The translations under genes and the position numbers were made by a program. This document shows, one piece after another, positions 18,965-21,914 of a DNA stretch of 21,914 nucleotides. The stretch spans positions 1 to 21,914 of the forward strand of contig JAQGDQ010001895.1 in assembly GCA_030141605.1 (NCBI GenBank), given 5' to 3'. Source of the stretch: Tubiluchus corallicola. Taxonomy: Eukaryota > Animalia > Priapulida. The notes beneath the pieces are model-generated. The model had not been told where the DNA came from, made no database searches, and saw only the letters and a program-made list of their open reading frames with translations. The number at the start of each line of letters is the position of its first letter. The stretch's first letter is position 1.

Positions 18965-20278
18965 ATGGAAGTGGAGCGTGATGAAGAAATGATACAGAGC
19001 ACCAGGATAGAAAGAGCATTGTGTGATTTTGTGCAAGTGGTGGATGAAGCTTTAACTGAGAAAAATGGAGAAAAGTCAGAAAGTAAAACTCAAAAGGAGA
19101 ATGAAGGAGAGGGAAGAAAGGAAAGGAAAATAAGTGGGGCTGAAGTGTGCAGTAAATGTGTAAAAAGAGTGGAGATTGTGGAAGATGGAATGTATTGTTT
19201 CTGGTGCGAGAAATGCTGCACAGAGAGTGCATTGGCATGTCAAAGAAAGCGTATAAAGCGGTAGGCACAGCAAGTGCATTAGTTATAAATGACACTTTGC
19301 ACTGGTTTTGCGATAAGTGCGAAGAAGAAGTCAAGAAGATAAAGGAAGGCATGGGAATGCAAAAAAATACACAGCTGTTGAATGAAGTACAATTAGGAAA
19401 TCTAGAGGAGGAAATGAAATGCAAAGAAAGAGAAGTAGAAAATTTGAAAGATGACTTAGAGAAAATGAGGCAAGAAGTGAATAAGAAAACGGATCAATTG
19501 GCTGAGTTTGACTTAAAGAGAAAGAAATATGAAAGTGAAATAAAAAAGTTGAAAGAAGAAGCAGTGCAACTCAGACAACAACTAGAAAAATTGATAAGTG
19601 AGGCAGCGGAAAATAGAACTACAGTAAATAGCCTAAACAGGCACATAAGTGATCTACAAAAGATAAATGAAGAATTGTTGATGAGCAAAATGGGTATGGG
19701 AGGAACATATGAAGAGGCAAAAGAAAACAATGAATCTAATAAGAAGGAAGATGATTCCAGAAAAGAAGTACAGAGTCAAAGAGAGGAGGCAGAGCCTGAT
19801 AACGCCACTATGCAGATATGTTGCAAAAAATGTGTGGTGTAAATTTGAAAACAGGTGCAAGTTTAGACACTACAAAACAAAAAAGGAGTGTCAAGAGCTC
19901 AGTGAAAGTGCACATAGAGCCAAACAAGGAGAATATGAACAAAAGTTGTGTTCCTATTTTGGAAGGAATAAATATTGCAAATTTGAAAGCAAGTGTAGGT
20001 TTAGACATTATTTGAAACCTGGGGAGGATAAGGAAAAGACAAATTTGTGTTGGAATTACAAGTATGATGGTGAATGCAAATATGGTAGTAGGTGCAGATA
20101 CAGACATTTTTTTAACGATGATGAAAAGAGATACCTACGAACACAAGAACGAGAAGGACAGCAGACAACTCTAGAAACAAATAAAAATGAACAAAAGACA
20201 CAAAATGAAAGTTTAGTTGAGCAGATTAATTTTTTAGTGAGAGAAATCAATGCAATAAAAGAAAAACTGTGGAATTAG
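18965..20278 (+). pseudogene. LINE-A copy 2 ORF1 (PHD, coiled coil, 3x CCCH), same two frameshifts
   Basis: Translations identical to copy 1. Confidence 0.85.
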
Positions 20279-21914
20279 AAAAAAAAGTAAGAGTGAAAAG
20301 ATCTCAGAAAAAGAAAAAGAAGTTTAAAAATTTTAATGTAGTATATACAAATTGTCGAGGGCTAAATAATAAGCTAGAGTCATTGTATGGAGTGATAAGG
20401 GAAAAAAAGCCTAGTGTAATAGGAATTGTTGAAACTCATTTGGCGGAAGAAGAATTGGTGCAAATTGAGGGTTACAAAGTGTTCCAACTGAATAGAAATA
20501 AGTACGGAGGGGGGATATTATTGGCAATTAAAAATGACTTAAAAAATGTAACAATAAAAGCTGATCAGTATAATGAAGTAGGTGAACAATTATGGGTTGT
20601 AATGGATAATTCAAAAGTAAAATTGAGAGTAGGATTATTGTATGCACCTCAGGAAAGTAGGACAGATAAAGAAGAAATGAAAAAAATGTATGAACAAATA
20701 CGTAAGCAAGTACAAAAAGCAAAAAATGAAAACCAGAAGTGCTTGCTTATAGGGGACTTCAATGCAAAAGTAGGAAATATTATCGAAGGTAATAGTGATG
20801 AAATAACTTGGGCAGGGAAAATGTTACTAAATCTGGTTAAAAAAGAAAAACTAGTAATATTAAATGCAACTGAAGAATGCTCAGGAATTTGGACAAGAGA
20901 AGAAGCTGGGAAAAAATCTGTTATTGATTATATAATAATAAGTGCAAATGATGTAAATGCACATAGGTTCACACTTGTTGATGAACAAAAACTGTATGGA
21001 GTGTACAGAGTGACTAGTAGTGGCGAGAAAAAAATTGTATATACAGACCATAACACAATATATAGTGAATTTGATTGGGTTGAGATTAGTAAAATGAAAA
21101 GAGATAAAAGTGATGAGATAAAAAAATTAGTAGTGTCTAATAAAAATAAAATGAACAGATACAAAAAAGAAACTGATGATCAAATATTTAGTAAAGTATG
21201 GAGCAGTAACAGATCAATTCAGAGCAAATATGATGGCTGGATAAATCAAGCTGCAGTAGTAAGAGACAGGTGCCTTTCAGTAAAAGGAAAAAGGAAACAA
21301 AAATATGGAAGTAAAATGTCAAGGAAGCTAAATAAAGAAAGACGTAAGTTAAAACGTGAAATGAGCGATGAAGAAGACTCGGAAAGGAAAAGAATGATAA
21401 AAATAAAAATTGAACTAATAGAAAACATGATGAGGGTTGTGCAAAGGAAGGAACAAATAAATAGAATAAATAAAACTGTTAGGACAATTACAGTAAATGG
21501 AAAACTTAACCAGCAGTTGTTTTGGGAATTCAAAAAGGGCATCGATAAACCTAAAATGGAAGAAGCTATAGCAATGAGAGATAAACAAGGTGAGATCCAA
21601 GAGGATCCAGGAAAAATTAAGTTGATTTTTAAAAAATATTATGAAGAACTCCTACTCAGACAGAGGATGAATATGAGCAAATGATAGAATCAAGGGTTGA
21701 ACAAATTTTCAAACATGTTGAACAAATGGCAAGTGAGGAGGAAGTAAAAGAAATTACTAACAGTGAAGTGAATGAAGCAGTTCGATCACTAAAAAATAAA
21801 AAGGCTCCAGACATGCAAGGATGGAAGAATGAAATGATCAAACAAGCAGGGAAGGGATTTATTGATAGTATAGCAGCAATGCTGAATGAAATAATGAAGC
21901 AAAAGAAAATACCG
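20230..21914 (+). pseudogene. LINE-A copy 2 ORF2 (APE + start of RT), same frameshift, cut by window edge
   Basis: Identical 471-aa APE ORF, then a shifted continuation to ..KQKKIP. Confidence 0.88.

Larger units (their letters stand above)
18246..21914 (+). mobile_element. LINE-A copy 2 with true 5' junction; runs off the window end
   Basis: Host intron ...GTTTGC AAATT (18241-45) is followed by element sequence that continues into the match with position 1. Confidence 0.93.

Noticed and set aside
1-21914. Giant LTR element or composite transposon with 3.6-kb terminal direct repeats carrying RT and pentraxin cargo
   Set aside because: The repeats are LINE bodies, copy 1 continues to its own 3' tail at 4987, and there are no TG..CA ends, PBS or integrase. 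The junctions reconstruct a single intronic insertion site.

Overview
Eukaryotic (AT-rich invertebrate animal, cnidarian-like) genomic DNA, not a prokaryotic locus. The window is about 1.2 units of an apparent ~18.29-kb tandem duplication: 1-3625 recurs at 18288-21914 with about ten differences by eye. The unit has five main parts. (i) A 5'-complete but disabled APE-RT LINE ('LINE-A'; ORF1 = PHD finger + coiled coil + three C-x8-C-x5-C-x3-H fingers; (ATCGCA)4 tail) inserted in intron 1 of a pentraxin gene. (ii) An internal partial duplication of that gene's 5' end. (iii) A spliced short pentraxin (CRP/SAP-like) gene with an in-frame TGA. (iv) An intact full-length RTE-clade LINE. (v) A hAT-like MITE sitting on the pentraxin start codon, plus decayed repeats. 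The most novel-looking signals are an in-phase U-UUU-UUA slippery site exactly where the AUG-less LINE-A ORF2 frame opens (candidate programmed -1 frameshift), a 5'UTR/stop-codon long-range complementarity in the RTE, and a compact three-way-junction RNA before the LINE-A tail. All comparisons were made by eye; no searches were run.
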